From: Nemertoderma westbladi
Taxonomy: Eukaryota > Animalia > Xenacoelomorpha
DNA: 60,488 nucleotides
Assembly: GCA_032718475.1 (NCBI GenBank)
Contig: JAUCBJ010006657.1
Coordinates: 1-60,488 of the forward strand
Reading direction: 5' to 3'
The position numbers and the translations under genes were made by a program. Below, piece by piece: positions 37,933 to 51,723 of the stretch (the stretch's first letter is position 1; the number at the start of each line of letters is the position of its first letter). The notes beneath the pieces are model-generated. The model had not been told where the DNA came from and searched no databases. It was given only the letters and a program-made list of their open reading frames with translations.

Positions 37933-39126
37933 GGGTAAACTGGGGTGAAGTGAGCTATTTTTTAATTTATTTTTTTAAATATAGAAATTTGTATTATTTC
38001 CATTCTCTAAAATCATTATAATGTCTACAAAATTGTACAAAATAACTTACGACAGTTTGAAATTTCGAAGCAATTAAATTTTTTACAAAATATGTAAAAA
38101 AAAAGTTGAAAATTCATGCATACAAACTTTTTGGTTATTTTTTTTAAAATACAAAATAATAAACAACGAATTAAGGTAGAGAGTTGTCATTACCGCAAAT
38201 AATGGTAAATACGTGATACTTGAGATATCCCGTGCAATTTTTGTCATTCTACAACTAATTATTTACTTAATTAATTAATTAATTTGGTTCACTTTACCCC
38301 TTAAATATATTGGCAATGGGGTAAAGTGAGCTATTGAAATTTTGGTGCTGTTTATGTTTTAGAAAATTTTATATTTCATTATTATCTCTTAATTTGTAAC
38401 AGAATGTTGTTTGGATGTCGGGGAGGCCCTAACTCTAGGTTTTAGCTGTCAGGTCAGGCCCGAGGTCGGTCTAATAAATAAAGGTCTTAGGCCTGCAGAT
38501 TAGTACCAGTAGTGCTACAATTTCCACTACTAGGCCTACTGTATTCAGGTTTCTTGTTTGTTTTTGGTTATTTAGATTTATAATAGGGCCTAATAATTTT
38601 GTAATGTTCTATAATTCATAATTCGTTGGCCTATAGCAGTATAGCCTACTGTATGTTTATCTATTTTTTACAAACATAAAAATGGTTCACTTTACCCCCA
38701 GAAAATTACTAAATGGGGTAAAATGGTTTTAGACCTCATTTTCGAGGGAAGCTCACTTTGCCTCATGAGTGGGGTAAAGTGAGCCATTCGAAATGTCAAA
38801 AAAAATAAATAATCTGCCTTTAATAGGCAAATTATCTCTTGATTTTTTCATAAGGCAATCACTGATTGGGGTTAAATGGTTTGGCAAATGATTTTAGAGC
38901 TAGCTCACTTTTCCCCATGAGTGGGGTAAATTGAGCTACTTGTGTGCTCTAAACAAAAGGTATAATTTGACTATTTAATAGGCAAATTATGTTATAATTT
39001 TTGTGAGATTGTTTAGAGCAATAATGTAGTGCACAAAGAAATACATTTGTATTTCCTCAATGAGAAAGTAACTATTTTTAAAACACGAAAAACTACAAAA
39101 GTAGCTCACTTCACCCCAGTTTACCC
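37933..39126. mobile_element. Non-autonomous DNA transposon with TA TSD (Tc1/pogo-like), inside the PRDM9 intron
   Basis: TA|GGGTAAACTGGGGTGAAGTGAGCTA … TAGCTCACTTCACCCCAGTTTACCC|TA; internal GGGGTAAAGTGAGC repeats. Confidence 0.88.
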
Positions 39127-39133
39127 TATTAAT

Positions 39134-40212
39134 TAGGGGTGTACCGGATTTCCGGCCGGTTTTTGAGAAAAAAATCCCTTTCCGGCTCAGGCTCCGGCCG
39201 GATTTCAATTTTTTCGCCGGATTTCAATTTCAACGAATTGTTGCCAAAATTTACAATTAATGTAAATTTTCAAAAAAAAACATCAAACTAAGTTTTATTT
39301 TAAATTAAAACAAATTTAAACATAAACAAATACAATGTAATACAAAACAATTATTTTCATAGTTTGTATCATATTCATTCATATTATGGATGATAAAGTC
39401 TGTAGCAGAGCTATTATTGTATGACTATCTACATGCTGAGCTGACCGACTACTTTTTACCAAGAATATTTGTATTTGGTTGGGCTCAGCCTCACTAACAC
39501 TTAATATATAATAAATAGTACATTGTATGGCCATATACTAATTAAGCTTACCACCGTGAATGACCAGTTTATATATTCGACAGGCAATTTAGAAACTAGT
39601 AAATACAATTTAAATCAGAGAGTATATACAAAAACTACACCTATTATTTCTTCGTTCTATTTTTCAATGTCCCTTTTTTATCAAATCAATTCATTATATC
39701 AAATCGGCTTAGGTTATGGTACAAAAATATTAGTTTCTCTCCACGATCCGGAAGTAGACGAGAGCGTTTCTCATCAAATACATTACCAGCCTCTACAAAT
39801 ATTCACTCGGAATAAATTGAAGACGCTGGTGATACTAAATATATGTACAAGTATTTGTAAATTAGGAAATAATTCCTTATTTGCAGCCAACCAACGCAAA
39901 ACGCACTTCTCGTCCCGTTTAGTAGGGATAATTGACATATACTTACTAATCTACTTCTGAATTATTGTTAAAGTCAAAGTAACCTTGCTGATCATGATCC
40001 AGCACGTTATCTACGTATCGACGCAGGACCTAACACCCAAAGGATCAAATGACGTGGTATCCTCCCTCCCTCCAGTTCTGTTCATGCATAAAGGTACCAT
40101 ATAGCTGATTCAAGGAAAAAATCCGGCTCTGGCCGGAATTCCGGCCGGATTTTTTCTACAAATCCGGCTCCGGCCTGGCCGGTTTGAAAGTAGTCAATCC
40201 GGCACATCCCTA
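39134..40212. mobile_element. hAT-type MITE inside the PRDM9 intron
   Basis: TIR TAGGGGTGTACCGGAT / ATCCGGCACATCCCTA with subterminal CCGG repeats. Confidence 0.8.
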
Positions 40213-40836
40213 ATATAAATGAATAAACATTTATAAATATAAACATTTGTTTGGTTAATGAATAATCAATGACATTGAATGAATAAAGTTCCCGTAAAAT
40301 ATTGGGAGAAACATCATATTTTGTGCGGGAAGTATCGCTTTTGGTTGAAAGTAAATTAAATTTGGGCAGAAATAACGGTTTGAGTAAATTAATTACTTTT
40401 TCGGATCGCCGAGATATTTAAATTGGGGGATGTAACCTGTTGGAGCTATTAAAGAACATTAACAAACACAACGGGAAATAATAGCAGCAAACTATATGGC
40501 AGAAATTGTGGAAGGGGGAGTTTACCAATTAATTATGCTAAATTAATTAATAAATGCTGAAGGTAATTAATTACCGATCCGGAAATATAATAGATAAATA
40601 ACTGTTTGAACTGTTACCGGTATGTATTGCTTTTTTACACAATATAGGCTATAGCGGGAAAAAATGTTTAAGAAGATTCCGTCCTACTGTGATTGGCCAT
40701 GACATTTCCCCAATAATTTTCCCTCAATAAATACGAGCGCGATTCTGTAACGAGTGAAATTTATGTTGAGATAAATAATATATCTCGGTGAAATATGTAA
40801 AAACAAAATTATTTAATTACTATGGCCGTTTTCAAC

Positions 40837-41401
40837 CACCGTGATTCTCTCCAGTGATAGACTCTGTTTCATTCACGTCTTTCATGTGAAAATCGAAACT
40901 TCCTTCTGCGCTCAGATAACTGCCACTTCCCTCGCTACGCTCGATGCTGTCGCAGTACCATTCATACGGACCTGGCGGAGAATCCGTCGCTTTCCTTCTG
41001 TAATAAGGAAGTACCAGATCCGAGTTGGTACAGGCCACGGATTCCTTGTCTGAATCATCCTCACAAACATCGACAATAATATCCTCAAATATGGAGTGAT
41101 CCATAGAGAGTGATCCATCTTCTTCTTCGTCTTCATCTAAAACATCCATTGGTTCGTCGTTGATACCAACTATCTTATCTTCAGGAATAACTTTCCTCCC
41201 AGACACTCTATTAGTCCTTTCCTTCATAAAATCTGGGGGTTCTATTGGCTTGGTTCTGAGTTCGTTAAAACCTAATGACGTCAGCATCTCGAATTGTTCC
41301 TTCAAGGCCAACGATCGACGCCTATCAAAGATGCTCATTAACTCCCATTCGTTGTCGGTGAAATATTGACGGATGGAATCGAACTCGGAATCCATTGACA
41401 T
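40837..41401 (-). CDS. PRDM9: PRDM9-like, coding exon 1 (ancestral KRAB domain + acidic linker)
   Basis: FDSIRQYFTDNEWELMSIFDRRR…LTSLGF…PPDFM matches the PRDM9/SSX KRAB pattern. A phase-1 GT donor at 40836 joins exon 2 in frame (predicted 887 aa). Confidence 0.8.
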
Positions 41402-41794
41402 CTCGAAGAGTAAATATATGATATAAAGTGATTTAAAAATACAATATACTATTACAATACAGTTGGAATTTTTGATATTCTAAAAGTAGAACATAAACTG
41501 CAAAACGAATAGAATATATTCAGTGATACAGTAGGTACTGTAGTAGCTTGCTAAATTAAGCTATTGTATACGGTGGCTGAAAGCGGCTGTAGGATAGGTG
41601 TCATACGGGCCTGGTCTGGACGGTGTCTGTCGGTCTGTAAGTAGGTCGACGGTTAACGCTATAAAAATAATCTACTGGAAAATGAAAAAATTAACGGAAA
41701 CAAACGCTCGCGATTGGCGGTTTCCAATGTGGGAATTTTGAAACTCACTATAGTTTTGTACGGTTGTTTAAGCGGTATACATAGTATATGCAGC

Positions 41795-41960
41795 ACCCTG
41801 GTTTAGTGTGACATTCCTGGTCTCCCAATCATTCCTAGCCCAAACCTGGCTTTCATCCTTATCTGGTGGATAAATGGGAACTTACTGTGGAAGATCACCT
41901 ATATTGGTGAACAGGCATTCCTTGGCTTAACGAGCCTAAAAGATTCTCCCATTCATTAAG
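41795..41960 (+). mobile_element. SINE remnant with Deu/Nin-like core
   Basis: CTTTCATCCTTATCTGGTGGATAAATGGG, similar to the core at ~2955-2990. Confidence 0.35.
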
Positions 41961-42174
41961 TGGTAGTATTCACTTGCAACATAAAGTTTATGTTTATTTT
42001 ACTGTGTATTACACTTTATTTTACTTTAATATCTGTACAATATATTTTCCGTAATTTTTCCTCTATTTTAAACAACAACCGAACAAATACAGAAATGTTG
42101 ATTGCATTTGTACCGTTATGTAGTCATTTGAATATAGGATCAGGTGACAAAGTCAGGTGGGATAACTACTACTA

Positions 42175-42517
42175 TAATCGGCCTGCTGCATTGAAACTGC
42201 ACATTGAGATGCTATGCCAGCTTAACAAAAACATATTCTCACCATCATGCAATCCACAGTTGACAAGCCCAATGGAGCGTGCATTAAGAATGCTATGCCA
42301 ATCAAAGTTGCACCGCCACAACTCCCTATCCCCCATGAATTTAAGGAAATTATTCACATTATTGAAAAGAGGATTTAGGAGGCGTTCCACGAAAGTCACG
42401 GGCTGCCACCATGCTTATTCACTCCATGAGGACGCCAATGTCCTGCAAAGCGGGGGCGGTTCTGTTCAAGTGTCAAGCTAGGGGAGACTAATGAAACACC
42501 TCCAAGGTTGTACAGAC
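42175..42517 (-). mobile_element. 3' piece of an RTE LINE (left flank of the BEL insertion)
   Basis: Reverse complement of ~9860-10170 (RTE 3' end), diverged. Confidence 0.75.
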
Positions 42518-43430
42518 TGATAGAGGCTACGGTTGGTGTTAGCTTATTCAATCCCGCTAACACCCCATAAAGTTATAAGCCGATAAGCAATATTGGGAGC
42601 CACGAGATTGGGCAATTAACCAACTCGTGCCATCCCAATAAGAATGGGAAGGAGAAGCACACAATGAGGGTCAGGGGCCAAACCCCTAACCCAGAGAGAA
42701 TAGGTGGAGTGAACGGGAACACTCCAAAGGGCGCCAACAAGGGTATCAACCAATCAGAGGGGGGAAAGGCATCGATTAGGTAGAGTAACAAGGCCAACCG
42801 TGCAATATAGCCACTTGGCAGTAATCATACCAATTTCAGTTATCTCAGTGCAATACCGGTGCTAGATTAAGTTACATAGTTTAGCTAGGGAAGGACCGGG
42901 ACTTTAGTTACCGTATCCCGCCTTCCGTATACGACAATATTATCTCATATCTATATCTATATCTATATCTGCATATCATATTATATACGACAAACAGCAC
43001 AAACTCATTCAGTCCTTATACACGGCGGGGACGCGTGAACTAACAACGGATAAACCGGGATCCCTCTTGGATCCCGTCACAGTAACTAAACCAGCTGCCG
43101 CCCTAGATAAACTCAGTAACCACCAGCCACCAAATCTGCAGAAGAAAGATGAGTCAGTCGGGTGAGATATCACCGACGCGGACCCCGGACGAAGAGCTAA
43201 CGATCCGCGAGGCCGCAACCAGGTGATACAGGCCCACAACGCCGGACCCATCGGTAACGGGTCATCCGGCAGTTCAGGACGAGGGGGGCCTGGAACCCGA
43301 GGTCGAGCCGAGAGGAAGAGAGAGCAAGACGGAGGGAGACGGAGACGAGTCGACACAAGGCGGGGGTCGACGCACCGGTGTCGCCGGCCAGCCTCAGGCC
43401 GAGGGCGACGAACGGGCCACCGAAACGGCG

Positions 43431-46108
43431 ATGGTGGGGCCGACGGTGCGGCCCCGGACGCAGAGAGACGAAGGAGATATCGGTACCGATGTCGCCGGCC
43501 AGCCACAGGCCGAGGGCGACGGACGGCCCGCCGGAACGGCGACGGTGGGGCCGCCAGTACGACGTCGGACCCGGAGAGACGGAAGAGAGATCGGCGACGA
43601 GGACGTCGGGGTTTCTGATCGACTTCGACGGGCCTACAACACGACCCAGAGACTACTAAAGGACGCTAAGAAGGAAGGGGCGAAGATAGACGAGGTGAGA
43701 CTGAGGAAACGACTAGGTGAGTCGGATAGACACTTTAATTACCTAATGCGTTTTGGGCAGAGAGAACTAGCCGAGGAGAGAGCGAAAGGGATTGCCAGTG
43801 ACTATGGGAATGTGGGAGTATGGAACCTAGCGTAGCGTCAGTGTACATAGGGCCATACTTGGTCGATGCCCGGGGAGTAAAATTAGTGGGTTGGAGGGGA
43901 CCAGAAGGAGGCGAATCCGAGGTTAACCCCGAGGATTCGGCCTCATCGGTCGGAGGAAGTTCCGGGAAGCGGGGGAAAGTTAGTAGATCGGGAAGGCGGA
44001 GGGAGTCCGTCGTAACCGATAAGTCTGCTACATCCTCCGCGAAAGAAAGACTGGTGAGAGAGGCAGGTGCCGCGTACCGTCTCGAGCTGATAGAGCAAGG
44101 TCAGAGGGAAATGGATAAACGGCTAGAGGAGGGGAGAATGCGGCTAGAGAGGGAAGCGGCATTGATTAGAGAAACCGGAGAGAAGGCCGAAAGGGCTTTG
44201 AGAAGCCTTAGGGAGTATGATGAAATAGAGTTGAAGGAACAAGAGGAGCGTGTGGCGAGAGAGAAAAGTGAACGCGAGAAACATGAGGTGAGAGAGAAAA
44301 GTGAACGCAAGGAGCGTGAGGCGAAGTGGGAAAGTGAACGAAAGGAACGTGAGGCGGAACGCGAGAAACGTGAGGCGAGGGAGGAAAGTGAACGCAGAGA
44401 GCGTGAAGCGAGACGAAGGGAGAGTGCTAGGAGAGTAGCAGAGTTGGCTGGCCAGGACGCGCGGGAGTGTGAGAGGAGAATGGCAGAAGCTGAGCGAGAG
44501 CAAAAGGAATTAGAGAGACGCCAAAGTGAGCTTTCGGGACACAGGATTAGACGCGCGCATGAGTTGCAAATGGTGCGGGCGGGGGCGTCTGAGAGCGAGA
44601 CTGGCTCGAGTATTTTAGAGGAGCCAGGGGCCGTGGATACATTTATTAATACCCCACTTACAGGGACCGCACGACAGACCCAAAACTGGTGTGACCGTAC
44701 GGGCGGGGGGGGGGGGGTAATAATGATAATGGTACAGTAGACGTGGTTAATATTAATAGTACCGTATGGGATAATTCTAATCAAACCTTTATTGCAGGAA
44801 ATACTTTACCTAGTGGTAGTAATTTAAATTTAAATCAGAACAATCCTAATGTTAATGTAGAAAATAATTCTAATAATGTGGTTATACAAAGTAATCCAAA
44901 TAATTTAAATAATGATCCAAGCCCGAATTTACAAAATAATTCAGATAGTGTAGTCGCGCAAGATAATTCAAATGATTTTATTTCGAACGAACAAATTAAT
45001 TCCGTTTCCAATACGGGTGCTATTAATGTAAACACGTCGGGCGTGTATGGCCAGACAGATGGGGCCCTGGTAGGCCACGTAGTTAGTAGGCCGGAAGTAG
45101 CTGGGTTAGGTAGACCCGGTGAGGGCCTGGTAGGCCACGTAGTTGGTAGGCAGGAAGTGGCTGGGTTAGGTAAACCCGGCGAGGGCCTGGTAGGCCACGT
45201 AGTTGGTAGGCAGGGAGTGGCTGGGTTGGGTAGACCCGGCGAGGGCCTGGTAGGCCACGTAGTTGGTAGGCAGGGAGTGGCTGGGTTGGATGGACCCAGC
45301 GAGGGCCTGGTAGGCCACATAGACGGTAGGCAGGGAGCAGAGGGCCTGGTAGGCCACGCAATAGCAGAGAGAGAGGCGGGGGTGAATAGACCCGACCGCG
45401 GTAGGGTTGATGTGTCGACTAGAGAGGGATATAGTAGCGGGATGAGAGATAGCGAAGTTAGATGTGGCGAGTGGTGGGGGGGGGGGGGGGCTACGAGAGC
45501 CCCACAACAGCGAGTTAGCGGCGAAAGGGGGGGGGGGGCAGAGAGTGTCCCACAGCCGTCAGCGGATAATGCGAGGGCCGAAATAGGTAAACGCAACAAC
45601 CGGCGACGGAAAGTAATAGGGGGATTGCGAGTATCCCCAGCGGCGTGCGACCGAGCAGAGAGAGACAGGTTGACGTCGTGAGAGGGCGGACGAAGCGTCG
45701 AGCCCGATCAGAAGAGGGAAGGAGAACAGGGGTTTAACCGGGAGGTCGACGAGAGATCTCACGAGCGGGAATACTACACTGAAAGGAGAAGAAGAGAAGA
45801 CAGTAGTAGAGGTATCGCCGCGAACGATAGAAGAACGAGGACGGATAGCGAGCTGTCGGTAGTTGAGATGAGGACGGAGAGTCAGTGGGGTCGGACTCCG
45901 GGAGATTGCCGTCGCCCCGGAGAGATGCGACCCGGCGAGGCGCACTACGCGCCGATGGAGGGGTACGCGATGTACCGGTACGAAGACGAGAACATTAGAG
46001 GGGGGGGGTCGAAGAGAAACTTTCCGACGGAATACACCTATCGATCGAGAATACGGTAGCCGCGGGGAGGACTATTCGAGAAGAATAAACTTCGATCCCG
46101 AACAACAC
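43431..46108 (+). pseudogene. N-terminal gag region (coiled coil, Asn-rich and Gly-rich repeats), frameshifted
   Basis: Consecutive ORFs 43431-43835, 43820-44740, 44743-45681 and 45868-46059; several breaks lie near poly-G runs. Confidence 0.6.
45058..45360 (+). repeat. 60-bp coding tandem repeat, ~5 copies (EGLVGHVVGRQGVAGLGRPG)
   Basis: Repeated GGGCCTGGTAGGCCACGTAGTT units at 60-bp period. Confidence 0.92.
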
Positions 46109-49100
46109 ATGCAGACTGTAGGACATACTGTAGGCCTTACTGCACATACCATAGGCCATACTGAGAGAGGCAATGTAGGCGATAGGATAGCGTGGACAAC
46201 GGGATTAAACCCGGAAGTCGCGGAGTACATACCGGTGGGTAGGCCAGAAGCTGATAGGCCTATACCGGTACCAGTACAGCAGTATGACTACAGCATGCAG
46301 GGACATAACATATACCCAGGGGAGGGGGAAATTATTGCGGATAGGTGCATGGGCCCCAACATATTAACATCAACCCCAGTACCAAACATACCGGTGGGGG
46401 GGGGACAGGGTGACATTCCCCCATCACAATATCAACAATATACCCCGATAGGAGCAAGAACAACGAGACCCTTGGATGAGAATAGGTCGTGTGATACAGA
46501 CATATGGAGGGGGCCGCTACCCCCGATGACATACCCAAGTCAGAGAAAGTCAAGAAATAGGACAGACGGAATGCACCAGACAGGAGAAACTATACAGCAT
46601 CCATCGAACCCATTGGAAGCACAGGCGATGGGGATGGCCACGTTGATCGATGCGTTGAAAACGAGGATCGAGCTACCACCCGTGGAACCATTCAAATTCG
46701 ATGGGAGCAGGCCGGAAGAATATCTACAGTTTCGGCGCATGTATAGTAACGAAATACTAACAAAAAACTTGACGCAGGCGGAGTGCCTAAAGTATCTGCA
46801 AGTGTACACGGGAGGCCCAGCATACGATATCGTGAGGCAATATCAAGGAATAGAGGGCGGCTTCACGACAGCATGGCGGGCACTGGATAGGGAATACGGG
46901 CACCCGGCCAAGATCATCAGGCAGATGCTGAGAGGCATAACATCGGGTGGCCTACAGGATAATCCCGTTAGCATTAAGACGTTCGCTAACAAAGTCGAAA
47001 AGGCGCTAATCGTGCTGAAGACGCTAGACGCGCCGTACGAGCTCAATGCGTCCAACAACATCACCACGATAGCGCAGGCACTACCAAACTGGCTGCGCAA
47101 CAAGTGGAGGAAAATCGCCTTCTCCACTCGAGATAAGAAGGGTGCGGAACCGGGTTTAGAAGAAATGTCAAACTTCTTAAACTACGAGGCTGAACTAATA
47201 ACTGACCCAGTCTATAGTGAAGATAGCCTGGGAAAGGGACCGAAGACAGACTACCATAAACCGAAACCAGAGCACAACACATCAAACGCATTACCGAGAC
47301 TTAGGCAATCATTGCCATATGCAGCGACGCAGGGGACTGCAAGTCCACAGCTAGCCGAGGATAAGACAACACCATGGAACGGACAGGGAAACAATAACAA
47401 CACGAATAAACATAACCCCAGTACGTCCAGTAGGCTAAATCCAAACAATAAGAATAGTAGGGACTTTGGTACAAACGCAACTGCGATACGCAATGCACTG
47501 TATAAAGAGGGCTACGACCCAAAGAGCAAATGCCAGCTACACGCAAATGCGCTTCATCAAACCATGAACTGCAGGTACTGGCAGGCGCTACCTAGGCAAG
47601 ATCAGATAGATTATGCGTTCAGCAATAAAATCTGCTCGCGATGTGTAATGAGTGGACATAGAGCAAGGGAGTGCAAGGAGAAGCCAATAAAATTTGGTCA
47701 AAGGAGAGGCCAAACGATGGCGACGAGCACAGTAGGGGCGAAGAAGAGGGGAACGGTGTTACTTGGAGTAGTACCAGTGCGAGTGATCGGGGAAGGCAAT
47801 CGATCAGTAACAACACTAATGCTGGTTGATAGTGGAGCTGCCTTCACATTAGTCGAGGAATGGGTGGCCGAGGAGATAGGATTGAGAACGAGGCCAAGCA
47901 GGATGGCGGTAACAACCATCTCTAGCAAAGATGAGATCCTGGAGATGAGAACAGGACGGTGCGCAATTGCAGCAGTGGCACCAGGATGCGACTATGGGGC
48001 AACCATTGACCCCATCCAAGTGATAGAGTCAATTAATATTAATGCCAGGCGACCAACCAACATCGAGGTCGAGCAGTATAAATTCCTGGACGACATTGAC
48101 TTCTCAATCCCAGACGTGGACGTTAGGAAGGTGTCCATCATAGTAGGCATGGACTGCCCAACGGCCCACGAAAGAATGCAAACGGTCTTCGGCGAAGACA
48201 AGCAGAGTGACCCGGTGGCCATATTAACACCATTCGGGTGGACGCTGATTGGTCCAATTAAGAGCAAGATACCATTTAGGATGTCGGAGACATCAGGATG
48301 CATGTTCGCGGGAACAATGCAGGAAATGGGTGACGAGGGAGCAGAGGAGCAGCTTAAAAGACTGCTCAGACAGGATTTCGAGGGACTGAAAGAAACCGGG
48401 GTCGGGACCTCGGTGGAAGACAACCAGGCTTTACAAAGCGTGGAGGAATCGATGACATGCGATGAGGGGCGGTATACTATAGGAATGGTATGGAAACTAC
48501 CGAAGATACCGCTGCCCGACAATAGGGGGATGGTACTCACGAGACTCCGCAAGCTGAAACAAACACTAAAACGGAGCCCCGAGAAGAATGAGTACATCCA
48601 CAGAACGATTAAGAAGTACGTCGAGAAAGGATGGGCCGTGGAGTTACCGGTCGACGAGCCGAACACGGACAGGACATATTACCTGCCACTACACGTGGCT
48701 TTAGATCCAAAAAAAGGTAAACTACGGATGGTAGTCGACGCATCGGCAAAGACCGACGGAAAGTGCTTAAACGACTACCTGTTAGAAGGCCCAAACATAT
48801 ACAATTCGGGCATAGAGGTGTTACTTAGATTTAGAAATGGGAAACACGCCTTCACGTGTGACATAGAAGGCATGTTCAACCAAGTCCGTGTAACGGAAGA
48901 AGATAGCGACAGTCAACGCTTCTTATGGTATAATGGCGAGGAAGAACCGTCGATAATACCGGCATATAAGATGGTAGTACAAAACATGGGGGCCAAGTCG
49001 TCTTCATTTACGACGACTATGGCAGTGAGAGACACAGTGAAGGGGAAGGAAGATAGATACAGCAGTAGGGCCGTCGATATGATTCGACGCGGCTTCTACG

Positions 49101-51723
49101 TAGACGACGGAATGGAGTCTGGAAATACGGTTAAGGAGATACTGGACACAGGGCGCGAGGTTCGCGACATCCTAAAAGGATCCGGCTTTAACCTGACCAA
49201 ATTCCAATCCAGTTCGGAAGAATTTATTAAGGCGATAGAGGACAGGAGACCAGAATCGACCATGGACAATCCCACAACAGCCAACGGGCAGGACATGGCG
49301 ATTAAGAGAACAGAATCTCAACAGAAGGCATTGGGAATCGTGTGGGATAGAGAGACAGACGAACTGAAGTATCAGCTGAGCCAGGAGGGCGCAGACATCC
49401 ACACGAAGAGGGGCTATGTATCGTATATAGCAAGGATATACGATCCCCTAGGCCTAGCATCCCCATTATTAGTCACGGGGAAACAGATACTCAAGAGAGT
49501 ATACAAACTGAAGGATGAGTGGGACGTAGAGGTACCAGAGGAAATCAATAAACAGTGGAGCAAGTGGACAGGAGACTTGGAGAAGATGGGAACATACAAC
49601 ATGCCGCGGGTGTATTTCCCGGATGGGAACATGACGAATCTGGACCTACACATGTTCTCCGACGCATCGTTGGAAGCGTACGGAGCGGCACTCTACTTAG
49701 TACAATGAGAGGGGGCTCATAAGCCAAGACTAGCCTTTAGCAAAGTAAAGTCAACGCCACCAGATTCAGCATCAGTTCCTAAGTTAGAATTGACAGCCGC
49801 GAGACTAGGAGTAAGAGCCACAGCCTACCTAGTGGATACTATTCCCAACATAGTAGAGACACACTACTGGACGGACTCCATGGTAGTGCTTGGTTGGCTA
49901 CACAACGAAAGAACGAGATACCCGATATTCGTCGCGAATAGAGTGGACGAAATAAGGGCGAGTACAGAACTGGAAAGGTGGCACTACTGCCCAACAGACG
50001 ATAACCCAGCGGACTTGTTGTTGAGGGGCGTGGTACGCCACACTTTCTTGAAGAAGGAAGTATTGTGGCAACATGGGCCACAATTTCTGAGCGATAAGGA
50101 AGCCTGGCCGCCGATGAGGAAGGTGGACCCGGGCTCGGAAGTAGTATCAGAAGGAGAAGAGGGAGATTCAGAGGGAGAAGAGATATACTCCCAGATGGTG
50201 AGGGAGATTAGGGACGTGCAACCAGGACGGGAACTGTGCGATAACCCGACGGATAAACTCCTCAGCTACAGTTCTAGTTGGTATAAGACCAAGAAACTAG
50301 TGGCGTACTGGAGAGCCTTCGGGAATTTCCTTGCGGGAGTTGGCAAGGACAAGAAGATCAGGACAACCATAGATCTGGAAGGAGCGGCCAAGGCAGTGAT
50401 CCACTATGAACAACGGAAGAACTATGGCGACGAGGTGGAACGCGTCGGTAACCAACAGCACCTCCGACGGGACAGCGAGCTGATTACGCTGTCGCCACAA
50501 CTCGATGACGACGGGATTCTAGTAATGAATTCTAGGGTGGGATACAACAACAGCATAGTCGTACCACCGAAACCCATCATCATTCCTACAGGATCGCCAA
50601 TAGTCCACCAGATTATATGGGACTCCCACAAATCGATATTGCATGGGGGCACCAACCGAACCCTCACAGAGATAAGGAGGAACTATTGGGTCAAACAACT
50701 GAGGAAGAAGGTAAAAGCGGTAGTGGGGCAGTGCCAGACCTGCCGACGAGCGAAGAAGGAGCGAGCCGTACAGGAGATGGCGCCACTACCGGCGAGTAGG
50801 GTAAGACAGCACGACCCGCCATTTACGCATTGCGGTGTGGACATGTTCGGGCTGATAAAGATCAAAGTGATGCGACACACGGAGAAACGCTACGGCATTA
50901 TCTTCGTATGCAACAAGGGATAGAACTCGCCCAAGATGCAACCGCATCAGCGTTCATTAACGCCTTAGAAAGGTTTAGGGACCGCAAAGGTGGGACGATC
51001 GCAGTGATATACAGCGACAACGGCACCAACTTTGTGGGCGCAGAGAGTGAGATGACAGAGGCCTTGGACATCTTGGAGGGGGAAGAAGTCAAGGCAGCCA
51101 TGAGACGACGACAAGTAAAGTGGGAGAGAAGGACGCCGTATGCACCACATACACTAGGATGCGTCGAGAGACTGGTGGGCAGTTCAAAGCGTCTAATGAC
51201 GAAGCTAATGAACACCCACATGGTCACTGAGGACGTCTTACGGACAGTACTTGCGAAGTGCGAGGGGATCATTAATAGCAGACCGCTATATCCGGAGAAT
51301 GATGACCCTGAGTCATTAGACGTGCTGACGCCTAGCCATTTCCTGATGGAAAGGCCAGCGACCATCGATATGCGGGGTGTAGACCCAGATGACATACACT
51401 CCCGCCAAAGTTGGAAAGTCGCTAAAGCAATAAGCGCAGAGTATTGGAGGAGGTGGGTCGAGGAATACCTACCCACACTCCATAAACGAAGCAAGTGGAG
51501 GAAGTCAAACAGGGAGTTAAGAGAGGGAGATCTCGTAATCGTTACGGATGATACTATCATCAACAACCAATGGCGGTTGGCGAGAGTTGTAGGCACCTAC
51601 TCCGACGAGGACGGAAGAGTCCAATCGATAGAAGTGCGGATAGGTGGAAAGATAGGTGCGAAGGACAGAAAAACCTACAGGAGAGCTGTAGGCAAATGCT
51701 GTCTGTTAGAAGGGGCACCTTAG
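46109..51723 (+). pseudogene. BEL/Pao gag-pol (gag, aspartic protease, RT, RNase H, integrase)
   Basis: KFDGSRP gag motif and CCHC knuckles, LVDSGA protease, FYVDDG RT, FSDAS RNase H, H-H-C-C, SDNGTNF and LTPSHFL integrase. In-frame TGA at 49706 and a frameshift at ~50915. Confidence 0.92.

Noticed and set aside
42518-43070. Exact 5' LTR end and primer-binding site
   Set aside because: No second LTR to compare and no convincing TGG-tRNA complement (only weak Tyr/Phe-like matches).
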